Source: the human T2T-CHM13v2.0 reference genome, Homo sapiens
Strand: one strand, 5' to 3'
DNA length: 64,000 nt
Assembly (NCBI RefSeq): GCF_009914755.1
Contig: NC_060929.1
Below, piece after piece: positions 28,920-44,190 of the stretch. Position numbers and translations under genes: made by a program. The notes under the pieces are model-generated. The model had not been told where the DNA came from. It saw only the letters and a program-made list of their open reading frames with translations, and ran no database searches. Each line of letters starts with the position of its first letter. Position 1 is the first letter of the stretch.

Positions 28920-29190
28920 TCTTCTTTTTTTTTTTTGTTTTTTAGAGACAGAGTCTTGCTCTGTCACCCAAGCTAGAGTGCAGTAGAGCCATCATAATTC
29001 ACTGCAGCCTCCAATTCCTGGGCTCAAGCAATCCTTCCCACTCAGCATTCCAAGTAGCTAGGACTACAGGCGTGTGTCCCCATGCTTGGTTAATTAAAAA
29101 AAAAAAAGAAAAAAGATTTTTTTTTTTTTTTTTTTTAATGGAGATGGGGTCTTGCCATGTTGCCTGGGCTAATCTCAAACTCTTGGCCTG
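28920..29190 (-). mobile_element. AluJ, 5'-truncated, expanded A/T linker
   Basis: Right arm plus partial left arm. Confidence 0.88.
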
Positions 29191-29344
29191 AGAGCATTAA
29201 AACACTTTACAAGTAATTATCTGGGCTTCTGATATTAATGGTATTGAAATTTCTGGTTTTCTTTTTCTGCACCAAATCTCTAATATTACCAAAGTTAATA
29301 ATTTTCTACTTGTATTTTTCAAATTGTTCCTTCTTTAAAAAGAA

Positions 29345-29630
29345 AATAATAAAAGCAGCTCATTGACTCACTGCAACTCATTGAGACAGTGCAATTACAC
29401 GGCACTTAAGTGTCTCAACAAATTTTCATAGGAATTGTACAGAATACATACTTTTGACTCAGTGCAACTACATGCCAATTAAGTATTCAATTAATCTTCA
29501 CAGGAATTGTACAGAGTACTTATTATTCCTATTTTACAGATGAGAATACTGAGCTGGAAGAAGGAAATAACTTATCAAAGATCATACAGATAATAACCGG
29601 CAGAACTGGAATTCGCACTCTGGAATACTC
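29345..29630 (-). mobile_element. MIR
   Basis: TATTATTCCTATTTTACAGATGAGAATACTGAG core. Confidence 0.7.
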
Positions 29631-30080
29631 TGGTCTTGTAAACCAGAAATGGAGAATCCCCTCCCCAGGACAACTCAGGAGAAAAGCATTCCCGCTTCAC
29701 CGTCAACACCCAAAGCTAAAATTCTAATTAAACTACTCCCTGAATTTTTTCTCAGCACACACTTTAACTACCATGTCAGTACTAATCAACTAGCACTAAT
29801 ACATTAGTGCTTTTATGTACTTGTGCATTACTGCTAGTCCCCATGGATAATATGGGGAATCAACATGGTTTGTTGACTTCAAAAGGCGTATATTCTTCAT
29901 TCTCATTAAACTATGGAAAATATTTTTCTTAATCAAACAAATGCATATCATACAACCCATATCTATGTTCTGACATCCTAGAACTAGAAGATATCCCTGT
30001 GCTGAATCTACATGCAAATTTCTTCTGATCAAGAAAACCTGTTAGCCCTAAATCCCTATAGACATCAGCCCTGAAATTAC

Positions 30081-30237
30081 CCGCTTGTGCAGACGTTCTG
30101 CTTCCTCTTGATAGGCAGCAAGTTGCTGTTTCCATTGTTTCACATTGGCAGTGGACTCCAGCAGGGCTGCAGTGAGTTTGGCATTATTTCCTTTGAGGGT
30201 AGCCAGTTCAGCCTCCCAATGTTTGCTGATTGCTGAA
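30081..30237 (-). CDS. HOMER1: HOMER1 exon 6, (S)SAISKHWEAELATLKGNNAKLTAALLESTANVKQWKQQLAAYQEEAERLHKR; start of the coiled coil
   Basis: Acceptor ttgttttattttag|T TCA, donor CGG|gtaatt; 157 nt (1 nt + 52 codons); recognised Homer1 sequence. Confidence 0.97.
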
Positions 30238-30330
30238 CTAAAATAAAACAAAAAGAAAATTCTATCCATTACACCAACTACTGTTACCTTGAAGGGACAG
30301 CAAGACTCAGTTCTATTGTAGGGTTTATAG

Positions 30331-30650
<320 letters not shown>

Positions 30651-31569
30651 CTAAGAATGTTTTCAAAGACAACCTCAAAATACTAAAAAACACAAATACT
30701 TTACCAAAATATTCCTAGTAAAGAAAACCTGGCAAGTGAAGAAATATAAAAAGTACTCAAGTACCAGGCTTAACGTGGAATGTTTCCAACCTTCATTATG
30801 ACAGATACAGTTATCTACAGAAGAGTTTCCACCCATTCTCTTTTAAGGAATAAACATTATAGCCTGAAAAACATCTATTAAAAAAACCTAACAATGTATT
30901 ACATTTTTTACGTGTGTCAAACCCTAAAGTACAATGTTATTCCTTAATGAAAACATATGAGGATGCTTAAATGTCATAAGGTTTGGGATATGTAATGTAG
31001 TATTTCTTTTGAAATTGTTTTTGATTTATTTCATCTTATTCAGGACCTTAAAATGTCAAAAATACAAACATTTGCTACAATAAACTGATTTCATAGGAAA
31101 GGCTAGGCCTACAAACTGGTTCTAAAGACTTGACTTCTGATATAATTCCAGTGTCATAAATAGAAGAAGACTAAAGCAATCACCGTTTTTCCTCATTTAA
31201 TATTCTACTTGATAAGTTACTACAGTTAAGTACCTCAACTAAAACAATTTTCTACTACAAGACAATTCTTTTAGTTGGAAAGACTCCTCTTGAAAATTCC
31301 TTTCCTAACTTTCCAATGAAGAATTGCCTCATTAGAAAGAAAAAGGTTGTTTCTCTTTCTCATTATTGAAGTTTATTTCTATTAGTTAAATTCTACTAAC
31401 CTCATCCCATTAACTAACTAGTGAGGCTTATAGCTTTCTTCAATCACCATTTTTTGGGGGTTTGATAAATCATTTGTATTCTAGGGTAAATTTGATGGGT
31501 TGATATTTTATAGTAATTTTAGCATATATTTTATTTAAAAAGCATAGTTTTCATCACCAAGATTTCTAA

Positions 31570-32022
31570 AGTTTATCACCAGAAATATGACATATTAGCA
31601 TCACGAACCCCCTGATATGATGTACAGAGAATGACACAAGATTGTGTCTGTAGTATTCTTGCAATAAATGCGTAACTTCAGTCAAACAATGAGAAAATAT
31701 CATATAAACCCAAACTGAGGGACAATCTGTAAAATAACTGAAACTCTTCAAACATGTGAAGAAAATGAAGGAAACAGGAAATAACAGTTAAATGCAAGGT
31801 GGGATCTTAGGTAGGTTCCTAGAACAGAAAGGGAACATTGGTGAAAACTGAGGGTTAGTTAGTAGTATTGTATCAATGCTACTGCCCTGGATTTGATCAT
31901 TGTATTATGGTTACACAAGATGTTAACATTAAGGGAAGCTGTGTGAAGTGTATACGGGCACTCTGTACAGTTTTTGTGATTTTTCTATAAGTCTAAAATT
32001 AGTTTAAAATGAAAAGTTAAAA
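31570..32022 (+). mobile_element. Old L1 (L1MC/ME) 3' UTR fragment
   Basis: AAACCCAAACTGAGGGACA ... GATGTTAACATTAAGGGAAGCTG ... AAGTCTAAAATTA. Confidence 0.7.
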
Positions 32023-32664
32023 ATATTCCTAAAGTTTACTAAGTGAGAAAATATCATCAAAACATGAAAGGATAGAATCAAGCAACAAGCTAAGCTATTA
32101 ACTTAACAATCCATTTCTATCCTGAAAAGGAAAGCTCTTTTCTTATTCTTCCTTTGTGAAATGATTTTTCAGATTCATGTCTTCTGAAAAAAGCATGCAT
32201 GGATTCACCTGCTCTAACTGAATTATAGATTTTTCTTTAAACCACCTACCAGTTTTTCCCCTATAGAGATGCGTTTTATTTAAATGGAAACTTCAATCTG
32301 ACGATTGACATCTTAGTGAACTAATTTAAACACTTGTTACATGTCAATAGCAAACACCTTTAAAAATTAACTGGAAGAAACAACAATTATTTACTCCTAA
32401 AATCCATTTGTCAAAATCACACAATTATAAAGTAAAATGGATTACCACATATTTATAGCAGGAGAAATAATTTTAAAATGAGGGTGTTTTTCTATTATAT
32501 TTATGTGGGTTTTATTTTATAGTCACTAGACAGTAAAATCCATCAAGCATTTTATAACTGCTTACATCACAAGTATTCAGTAATTATCTGGGTAACCTCG
32601 GACCCAACACTCAAGCACTTTGGTTCTCAGTTCTTTATATGTCAAATAAATAGATCAGTCAAGA

Positions 32665-32855
32665 TCTGTATTATCCAAATATTAGCATGTGGCTATTTAA
32701 ATGTAATACTTCAAAATTAAAGTAAAAAATTCAGCTTTGAATTTGAGACACATTTCATGCACTCAACAGCCACACATGACTGGTGGCTACTACCCTGGAC
32801 AGCAAAGATAACAGAACATTTCATCATGACAAAAAGTTCTACTGAACAGTACTGT
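32665..32855. mobile_element. MER3/MER33-like hAT element
   Basis: CACATTTCA.GCACTCAACAGCCACA..TGACTGGTGGCTAC..CTGGACAGC ... AAAGTTCTA.TG.ACAG. Confidence 0.75.
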
Positions 32856-32879
32856 TCAAGAGGATCTTGACATTCTGCC

Positions 32880-33190
32880 TTTTCTTTCTTTCTTTCTTTC
32901 TTTGAGATGGAGTTTCGCTCTTGTTGCCCAGGCTGGAGTGCAATGGCACAATCTCAGCTCATGCAACCTCCGCCTTCCAGGTTCAAGCGATTCTCCTGCC
33001 TCAGCCTCCCAAGTAGCTGGGAGGTGCCCACCACCACGCCCAGCTATTTTTTTTTTTTTTTAATATTTTTAGTAGAGATAGGGTTTCACCATGTTGGCCA
33101 GGCTGGTCGCTAACTCCTGACCTCAGGTGATCCACCCGCCTCGGCCTTCCAAAGTGCTGGGATTACAGGCATGAGCCATCGTGCCCGGTC
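32880..33190 (-). mobile_element. AluSq/Sp-like
   Basis: GAGTTTCGCTCTTGTTGCCC diagnostic segment. Confidence 0.93.
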
Positions 33191-33209
33191 CTGATTGCCT
33201 CTTCGATTC

Positions 33210-33562
33210 TGTGCGTGAGGCTGAACTGTGTCCCTCCAAAACTCATATATTGAAGTTCTAACTCCCAGGATCTCACAGTATGACTGTATTTGGAGACAGA
33301 GTCTTTAAAGAGGTAATTAAGGTTTAATGTGGTCATTAGGGTGGGCCATAATCCAGTATAAATGGTGTCCTTACAAGAGGAGGGGATTAGGACACAGACA
33401 CACGAACATAAAAAGAGACGACAGCCATCTACAAGACGAGGAGAGAGGCCTCGGAAGAAATGACCCTGCAGACGCCTTGATCTCAGACTTCTAGCCTCCA
33501 GAACTATGAGAAAATAGATTTCTATAGTTTAAGCCATGCAGTCTACAGCATTTTTTAGGACA
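33210..33562 (+). mobile_element. MLT1B/C MaLR solo LTR
   Basis: CTGAACTGTGTCCCTCCAAAA..CATAT..TGAAGT ... CTTCTAGCCTCCAGAACT.TGAGA ... AAACTAATA. Confidence 0.85.
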
Positions 33563-36043
33563 ACTCAAGCAAACTAATAAACATAATTTTTTAAACCCAC
33601 ATTATGTAACCTATCAATTTGCCCCATCTTCCTGAATTGAAGTACATGGATTATATTTCCTGTTCTAATCAAGCTGGCTTTTCTGTGATGAGCTCTTCTT
33701 CTCAATCAGATTCTCATTTTTTTCTATGAATTTTTGTCCAATTTTTTCTATATTCAGAATCTATCAGATTGCATTTTTTCCTTTCATTGATTCAAGTTTT
33801 CTCCAACAAGTATTTTCCAGTTATTACACCCATCCTTTCACTTACCAGCAAAACCTGGTGCTTGCCAATCTGTGCAAGCTTAGTCAATGCACTAAATGAA
33901 AAGTAAAGGTATTCACTATGAAATAAGTGCAAGGCTAACCTCAGATCAAATCAATTAATGAGTAGTAAATTTTATAACACTAATTTTAATAAAACTTTCA
34001 ACACTAATAAAAACCTCAAATATAAATATTTTAGCTCTCACATCAGGGATGGAATTTCACACTAGTTTTGGGTAGTAGAATCATATGGAGTTTCTTGACT
34101 CCCATTTTAAACTTATCAGGCATGCATATACGGTAACAGGGATTTCATCTATAAAACACTGTAGACCTGGAACATGGAGAATCTACAACAAACCTGTTTA
34201 AGAAAAGGTTGGTATTCCTGAACTAGTTGCCTTGTTTTGGCGTAATTTACAAGTTAATACCGATTGGCAGAAGTACTTTTTATATGAGTAGTCTAGGTAG
34301 TTATAACACCACATCAATTATTTTAAAACGCTTGACTGTTGAAATATATGTTTAGAGTAGGTTACTAGATTCTTCAAATTCATCCTAGCATTATCCAGTA
34401 TTTTCATATTTGGTTGGTATTTAGACCCAAGGAAGCTCAAGTTTAAGATACAACTCTGGTAAAATCTTGAAATATACTATACGTTAATGATAAAATCTAG
34501 GTAAGTGTAATCATTTTATTTTCTACCTGTATCAAGAAGATAACTTCACAATTTCATGTTTGGAGTGGTACTTATGAGCAAGATGGCTACCACAAGCATT
34601 TCTAAGGCTCTTGGGAGCCAGAGATACAAAAGGGAATTTGTACCGTCTTGCAGGCTCTTTACCACAGACTTCTATCAGGTTCTCAGGAGAAAGATTGGAG
34701 AGGCAGAGAGAGAGACTAGAGAAAGGATCCTGGATGAGGGGAGAGACTTCCATTTGGGAAATTCACAAAGTCTAGCCAAGACCCTTCTTCTCCACAGGAC
34801 CAAAATCTTAAACCAATGGGAGAAGGATACCCCTAAATCCTGTCATTCTCCCACTTAACCTGGATTCAGGTGAAGACCTGTTATGGCTGGGGGCAAAGAG
34901 AATAAAACACTGTAACTCTGTGAGAGGAACAGAAAATAGTCCTGGATTCAGAGGTCTCTAACCTGTGGGACAGAGGCAGGAAACTCCTACACAAGACTCT
35001 CAACTATCACAAGGCTGAATTTACCTGTTACTGGGAGAGGGGCAGGATCACTGAGAAAGCCTCATTTCTGAGATCCTGGGACAAAGGGTCTACCCAAGAC
35101 TGAGGCTGGACAAAAACAACAGAGAACCCCATTCTGTCGTCTATTATAGCAGCCTTCCACTGCAGGAAGGTCAAGACTGTAGAGACAGACCTTCTTTGAG
35201 GTGTGCACACACACAAAAAAAGACCAAAAGATGAGTGTCGAGCAGTGAGTAGAACCCTCTAGCAATCCTAAGCACAAGGTAATGCTAGAGATGTTTAAAG
35301 GCTATAGCATACTCATAGTAACCATACCAACAACAAAATCAAAATCCCTTTCAACCCCCAAATGGACTAACTTTCATAATAACAGCCTAGCAGAAGAGTC
35401 ATACCCATTTCTAGGAGGAAATAGTGTTCATCATTACTGTCCTCCACACAATGTTTAGCATTCAATGAAAAAAAAAATTACAAGATGTATCAAAAAGCAA
35501 GAAAAAAAAAACACTCCTCACTGTCAAGAAAGAAAGCAATCAACAGAATCATACTCAGAGATTAATCTGATCTTGATCTTGAATAAATCAAGGAAGTAAG
35601 ATAGCAATGTTAAAGGTGTTAGTGGAAAGAAGGACATCACGTTCACTCAGATTGTGAATTTTAGCAGAGCAATGAAAACTATGGGAAAGAACCCAACAGA
35701 AATGTTAGAAATACAGAACATAACAACAGAGGTGAAGAATGCCTTTGACAGGCTCAGTGAACTTGACACAGCTGCATAAAGTCGGTGAACATGGAAACAG
35801 ATCAAGAGAAATCAGCCAAACTGAAACACAAAGAGAAAAAAGAAAAAGAGTTTCTAAGATATGAAGGGCCATGTAAACTGTCTAACAAATGTTTAACTAG
35901 AATCATAGAAGGAGAAGAGAGAAGGGCAGAGGAAATATCTGAAGACATAAAGGCTGAGTATTTTCAAAAAATAAAAGACATGAAACCACAGATGCAAAAA
36001 GTACAAGAACATATTATACATAGAGGAACAAAAATAACAATTA

Positions 36044-36385
36044 CAGTAGCTCCTTATTCATTGTTTCTCTTTCTGTGGTTCCAGTTACACATGGTCAACT
36101 ATAGTCTGAAAATATTACAGTATGATAAAATATTTTGAGAGAGGGAGAGACCACATTCACATAACTTTTATTACAGTATATTCCTATAATTGTCCTATTT
36201 TATTATTAGTTCATGTTGTTAATCTCTTACTGTGCCTACTGTAGAAATTAAACTTTATCACAGGTATGTATCTACAGAAAAAAACATAAACATAAACCCT
36301 ACATATAGGGTTCACTACTATCCATGGTTTCAGGCATCCACTGGGAGTATGCAATATATCCCCTGTGGTTAAGGAGGGACTACTG
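36044..36385. mobile_element. MER44A (Tigger7-derived MITE)
   Basis: TIRs CAGTAG.../...CTACTG; internal GAGACCACATTCACATAACTTTTATTACAGTATATT; ~340 bp. Confidence 0.88.
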
Positions 36386-36984
36386 CATAGTAATACTTCA
36401 TCACAGATGATGCAATCCAGAAGACAGTGGAGTGACAGTGTTGAAAGAAAACAATCCTCATCCTAGAATTCTACACATAGGAAAAATATCTTTCAAAATG
36501 AAGGTGAAATAAAGAGTTTTTCAGGTAAACAAGAGCTCAGATAATTTATTACTAGAAGATGTGTCCTACAAGAAATATTAAAGAAAGTTCTTTAAGTGAG
36601 AGTATGACCCCAGAGAGAAATGTAGATCTACACAGAGATGAAAATTATTAAAATGAAGATAATTATAAAAGGTCCAAAGGTATGATAATACGAAGGAGAA
36701 ATAACAGTCTTTTAAACAAATGGTGCTAAAACAATTGGATAACCACATACAAACATAAATAAATCTCAACCCATATCTCATAGTCTATACGCAAATTAAA
36801 AATATAAAACTTCTATAAGATATAAAACTATAAAACTTGAAAAAATTCTTTGTGACCTTGGGCTAGGCAAAAATTTCTTAGATATTATACAATACCAAAA
36901 ACATGGTCCATTAAAAAAACTGATCACAGGAACTTCATAAACTTAAAAACTTCTCTTTGAACAACACTATTTAAAAATTGAAGA

Positions 36985-37311
<327 letters not shown>

Positions 37312-37328
37312 TCAACATACAAAAATCA

Positions 37329-37763
<435 letters not shown>

Positions 37764-38394
37764 TCAACAGAGTGAAAAGGCAATCCATGGAAAGAGAGAA
37801 AATATTTGCAAATCATCTATCTGATAAGGGATTAATATCTAGAATATATAAATAACTCCTATAACTCAACAATAACAATTTAAAAATGAGCAAAGAACTT
37901 GAATAGACATTTTCCCAAAGAAGAGAAATAAACAGGTGCTAAGCACTTGAAAAGATGTTTAACATCATTATCATCAAGGAAATGCAAATCAAAACCACAA
38001 TGAGACACCACCTCACATCCACTAGGATGGCACTATCAAAAAACAAAATCAGTGTTGGGTTGGTGAGGAGGTGGAGAAAGTGGAACCCTAGTACGCTGTT
38101 GGTAGGAATGTAAAATGGTGTAGCTGCTGTGGAAAACAGTATGGCTGTTCCTCAAAAATTTAGAATTATATGATCCAGCAATTCTACTTCTAGGTATATG
38201 CCCAAAAGCAGTGAGGCAGGGTCTCAAATAATTTTCTTTTTACAATTTTCTTTTTTCTTAGATACCAAAAATAAATTTTTATAATAAAACATAGGTATTA
38301 TAAATTTGAATCTGAGAACATTCTTGCTTCTTCTATTTTATGAGCTGCTCCTTTAATAATCTGTCTTTCTAGAGCAGTATGAAATACAACTTAG

Positions 38395-38700
38395 GGCCAG
38401 GCATGGTAGCTCATGCCTGTAATCCCAGCACTTTGGGAGGCCGAGGCGGGCGAACCACCTGAGGCCAGGAGTTTGAGACCAGCCTGACCAACATGGAGAA
38501 ACCACGTCTCTACTAAAAATAGAAAATTAGCTAGGCATGGTGGCGCATGCCTGTAATCCCAGCTACTAGGGAGGCTGAGGCATGAGAATCGCTTGAACCC
38601 AGGAGGCGGAGGCTGCAGTGAGCTGATCACACCACTGCATTCCAGCCTGGGTAACAAGAGTGAAACTCTATCTCAAAAAAAAAAAAAAAAAAGAAAAAAG
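38395..38700 (+). mobile_element. AluSp-like
   Basis: CCTGACCAACATGGAGAAACC diagnostic segment. Confidence 0.93.
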
Positions 38701-39387
38701 AAATAGAATTTAGGAAGTAAAATGTTTTTGATTTTTGTCAATCTTCCCTGTTCTCTTTGTAGCTTCTTCATATATTCCTTTCATCAAGTATAATAAATGC
38801 TCCTATTAGAATACCCTACACAACTTCAACTTATAATAAATTCCAAACACCCATACCTCTCAATAGTTTGCACATTAATTTTGAAAAAAAAAAAGTTCCT
38901 TTCTTTAATATTCAAATCTAAGATATCACATTTCTCCTCCATTAGACTTACATTTAGCAACAATTAATACCTTAGGATTAATTCTGACACCAAAATTTTC
39001 AGTTAGCATCTCACTTTTCAGGAATACTTGTTTAGAACTGTTGGGGAGGTTCTCTGTTAATTTGGTTTCTTTTTTATAGGTACAGTTTTGGTAGTTTTAC
39101 CTTAAGAGAGCTGTTCACAAAGAAATCACTAAAGTGCTTAGTTGGAGAGACCAGTGATTCAGAAAATACACTGAAACACCATTATGATCTCACGTCTCAA
39201 CGCTGGAGTAAGGGCAAACCAATTCTTTATTCTTGTGGCTGTTCAGTAAAGTTTCCCTTCAAAATGGACCAGCTGGTTTCCTGTTGGCTTCAAATCTAGA
39301 GGGAGTTCAAAACACTTCAAAAACACCATTTGAAAGGTTCCTTAAACTGGAATTTTACAGTTTTTCCCTATCTAAAGTCAAAGTTCT

Positions 39388-39688
39388 GGCCAGGCACAGT
39401 GGCTGATGCCTATAATCCTAGCACTTTGGGAGGTAGAGGAGGGCAGATCGCTTGAGCTCAGGAGTTCGAGGCCAGCCTGGGCAACATGGTGAAACCCAAC
39501 TTCTACCAAAAATAGAAAAATTAGCCGGGCGTGGTGGCATATGCCTATAGTCCCAGCTACCTGTGGGACTAAGGCAAGAGGATTGCTTGAACCCAAGAGG
39601 TCATGGCTGCAGTGAGTCAAGATGGCACCACTGCACTCCAGCCTGGGTGACAAAGGGAGACCCTGACTCAAAAATAAAATAAAAATAA
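39388..39688 (+). mobile_element. AluJ
   Basis: Dimeric Alu; TAAAGTCA on both flanks. Confidence 0.93.
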
Positions 39689-39813
39689 AGTCACAGTTGT
39701 TCTATGAGAAGATATTAAACTTCATTAAATTAGCTATGTAAAATCAAGAAGAAAAAGTACTTCAAAAGGCTCTATTTTCAAAATAAGAGCTTAATGTATG
39801 AGCAATATACTTA

Positions 39814-40340
<527 letters not shown>

Positions 40341-40849
40341 AGGTTGCAGTAGGTTTTTTTCTTAACATTATTCTCTGTATCAGTAGTGGGGTCAATCCCT
40401 AACTATGAAAGCACTCCACAGCACTGCTTGTCTCAGGATCTGCCTGCTGGGTTGTCTCCTCACTTCCTATTCCAGAACTGTGAACGCAGAAGCAACCAAT
40501 ATTGACTTAAAACTATTTGTGTCCAGTCTACTAAAAAATACTTGGAACATTGCAGAGTGAGATAAGCTCAGGAAAGCAACCTCTTAAAGTTATCTGTGTT
40601 TATAAGCTTATTCCTGAGCTGTGCATTTGAGGATCTGCTCTTAACAGTCTACACACTTTGAGAACTGAACAGTGGCATATTCCATTACCCAAGTCTCAGA
40701 CTGGTTAATGTGTAGTGCACACATGGGACAGATGCAAATAGCCCTGCAAGAAGACTTGAAAACTGAACTGGTATTGGAACTGCAGCTCACAGAAGGCTCA
40801 CGGAAACTTGCAACTGTTGAACCTAACTAACTATGGTCCCCTAAAACAA

Positions 40850-41500
40850 CAATATCAACATTCTCCATAGGATATAAACAAGACCCAGTGTCTCATAACA
40901 TAATAGACAAAATATCTGGAATACAATTCAAAATTAGTTGACACAAAGAATGAGGAAAATCTGAAGTTGTATAGACAATGATAGTTCAATAAACGTCAGT
41001 GACGAGATGACACAGATGTTGGAATTATCTCACAAAGACATTAAAGCAGTTATGAAAATGCTATAACAACTAAGGGCAAATACAATAGGAGGGACTGGAA
41101 AGGGAGAAAGTTTCAGCCATTAAATAGAAGATATAAGGAGGAATCAAATGGAAAATTCAGAACTAAAGAATATAATAACTGAAATTTAAAAATACACTGA
41201 ATGGACCCAATAGCAGAATGGTAGTGAGAAAGGAAAGGGTCAGTGAACTTAAAGCTTAATCAATACAAATTTTCCAGTTTGAACATCAGAGAGAAAAATG
41301 GGAGAAAAATTTGATAGAGCCCCAGGAACCTGTGGGAAATACTAGAAAGTCTAACATTTATGCAATCTGACTTTGAGAAAAATAAGAGAAAGAGTACAGT
41401 TCAGGAAGACTACTTAAGGAAATAATCACAGGAAACTAGATTATTGGCAAAGTCAGCAAAAGACAGAAACACAAATTCAAGAAGCCCAAGAGAAATACAA
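40850..41500 (+). mobile_element. Old L1 ORF1-region fragment
   Basis: GAGATGACACAGATGTTGGAATTATC ... AATACACTGAATGG ... CAGTGAACTT. Confidence 0.65.
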
Positions 41501-42279
41501 GTGCAAACATATCCTGTATCACATGTATTAGTCATACATCACAATTCCCCATAGCCTAGTTATATAGGTCTCAGGACTCCTTATCTATTAAAGTATATAA
41601 CCCAAGGAAATTGTATCTTTAAACATTAAAAATATATATATTTAGGGAGTATAAATGCAGATTTCTTACATGCATATATTGCATAGTAGTGAAGTCTGGG
41701 CTTTTAGTGTATTCATCACCCAAATACTGAACACTATGCCCAACAGGTAAATTTTCAACCCTCACGCCCCCACCCCCTACCCCCATACCTTCCCTGTATC
41801 TTCCTCTTTTCAGCTTCTTCTTTCAGTGCCTGGAACACTAAATAAATATTTGTGCAATGAATGAATAAATTTTAACGTAAAAAAAAAAAAAACTACTTGT
41901 GTGCCTGCCGCCTTCTGGGCTAGGTGCTTTCATATCAGCCTGTTGGCCCTAAGCTATAATAGGTCATCTTAGAAACTAATGACATCTTCAACAGTTTAGG
42001 GTCTGAATTTTTCTTTATAAAAGTTAACCTTTTAAAGGAAAGAAATGAAAACAGAGTAATCTTGCATTATTTATAAATAATACTTATTGTCAAAAGGACC
42101 TAAATGAGTAGCGATTTCAGGTCCTGCTAGGCAAATAGCCTAGTATATGAAGGAAATTTTCTATTAGATATAACTGAAAGTCTCCATTTGTCAGCAAGTC
42201 ATTAACTTACTAAACACAGTACTTCTTGGGATCCTCTCATCAGATGTTTACATTGTTCTGTTCTTTTTTTAAAAAAAAG

Positions 42280-42555
42280 TTTATTATTTTGAGATAGGGT
42301 CTGGCTTTGTTACCCAGGCTGGAGTGCAGTGATGTGATCACTGCAACCTCTGCCTCCCCCAGGCTCAGGCAATCTTTCCACCTCAGCCTCCTGAGTAGCT
42401 GGGACTACAGGCATGCAACCATACCTGGCTAATTTTTGCTTTTGTTTTTGTTTTTTTTTTGTACAGATGCAGTTTTGCAGTGTTGTCCAGGCTGGTCTCA
42501 AACTCCTGGACTCAAGCGATCCACCCTCCTCAGCCTCCCAACAGTGCACCTGGCC
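42280..42555 (-). mobile_element. AluJ
   Basis: Alu motifs with 5' deletion. Confidence 0.9.
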
Positions 42556-42574
42556 TGTTATTCGCCTGGCCTGT

Positions 42575-42900
<326 letters not shown>

Positions 42901-43230
42901 TAAATGCCACCTCCTCTGGTCCTTGTTTTTTTCTTAATGTATGCCTTGATAATCTCCCAGGTTTTACCTTCCATCTCAGACTCCTTCTCTGCCTAACATC
43001 CACCACCTTTGCAACATAGCCTGGCATGTCTGGATCAACATACAATATAGTTGGCTATAGGTAAACAGATTGAGATATATGTTGACTGATGAAGTTTTAC
43101 AGGAAGTTCCTATAGTGAACTAGAAATCACTTGGTCATATTCTAGGAAACACAGTGTTTAGAAGTGAAATAGAATTTAAGTACTAATACTTTTAATAAAC
43201 ATTGGAAGAAAATCCCAGAAATAAAAGTAG

Positions 43231-43532
<302 letters not shown>

Positions 43533-43994
43533 AGAATAGTTTTTAAAGAAACAATGTATCACCAATGTTACTGATAGCACAAAAAAATGATATCGAGGTG
43601 AAAAACATGGACATAAATTGTAGTCATAAAGTGAATCAGAAGAGCTGGACCCTGCATATGATGAAGTTATAAGAACACCTTAAGCCATTTATTTTACATA
43701 TATTACATGTGTACAAAAGAGGCTGATATTAAAATCTATGTCCACGTAAACCTAAAAGAGTTGTCATAGTCATAGTTTAATTGACGATATTTTTTCTTGG
43801 TGTATCGTAGATCAGATAAAATACAGAATTTTACTCAGCTCTGGTAAAGAAAGTGAAACACTATTGACTTTTCTGAGGAAAATTAATCTGAAACAAATTA
43901 CTTCAAAATGTATAATGTATGCCTTTATCACTCTATAAATATTTCTGAGTTTCGAAGAATTTTATTAAACATCTGTATTAAGAATCAATTGCTG

Positions 43995-44190
43995 TAACAG
44001 CTGGTTAAAAGTTCAGGCTCGAATCTGATGACTTGCTTCAAACTATGGCTGTAGTCATTTAATAGATATGGGCCTTGGGCAAGTTACCTAACCTCATCAG
44101 GTCTCAGTTTTCTCATCTATAAAATTAGGGTTATTAACAACTATCTTTATAGGGTGATTTTGAGGAGTAAATAGCCTATGTAAATGTACT
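43995..44190 (+). mobile_element. MIR
   Basis: CCTTGGGCAAGTTACCTAACCTC...CTCAGTTTTCTCATCTATAAAAT core. Confidence 0.8.

Noticed and set aside
30048-30080. Read-through of exon 6 into intron 6 giving VISGLMSIGI-stop
   Set aside because: A good GTAATT donor is present and I saw no nearby poly(A) signal; a short open frame into an intron is expected by chance.
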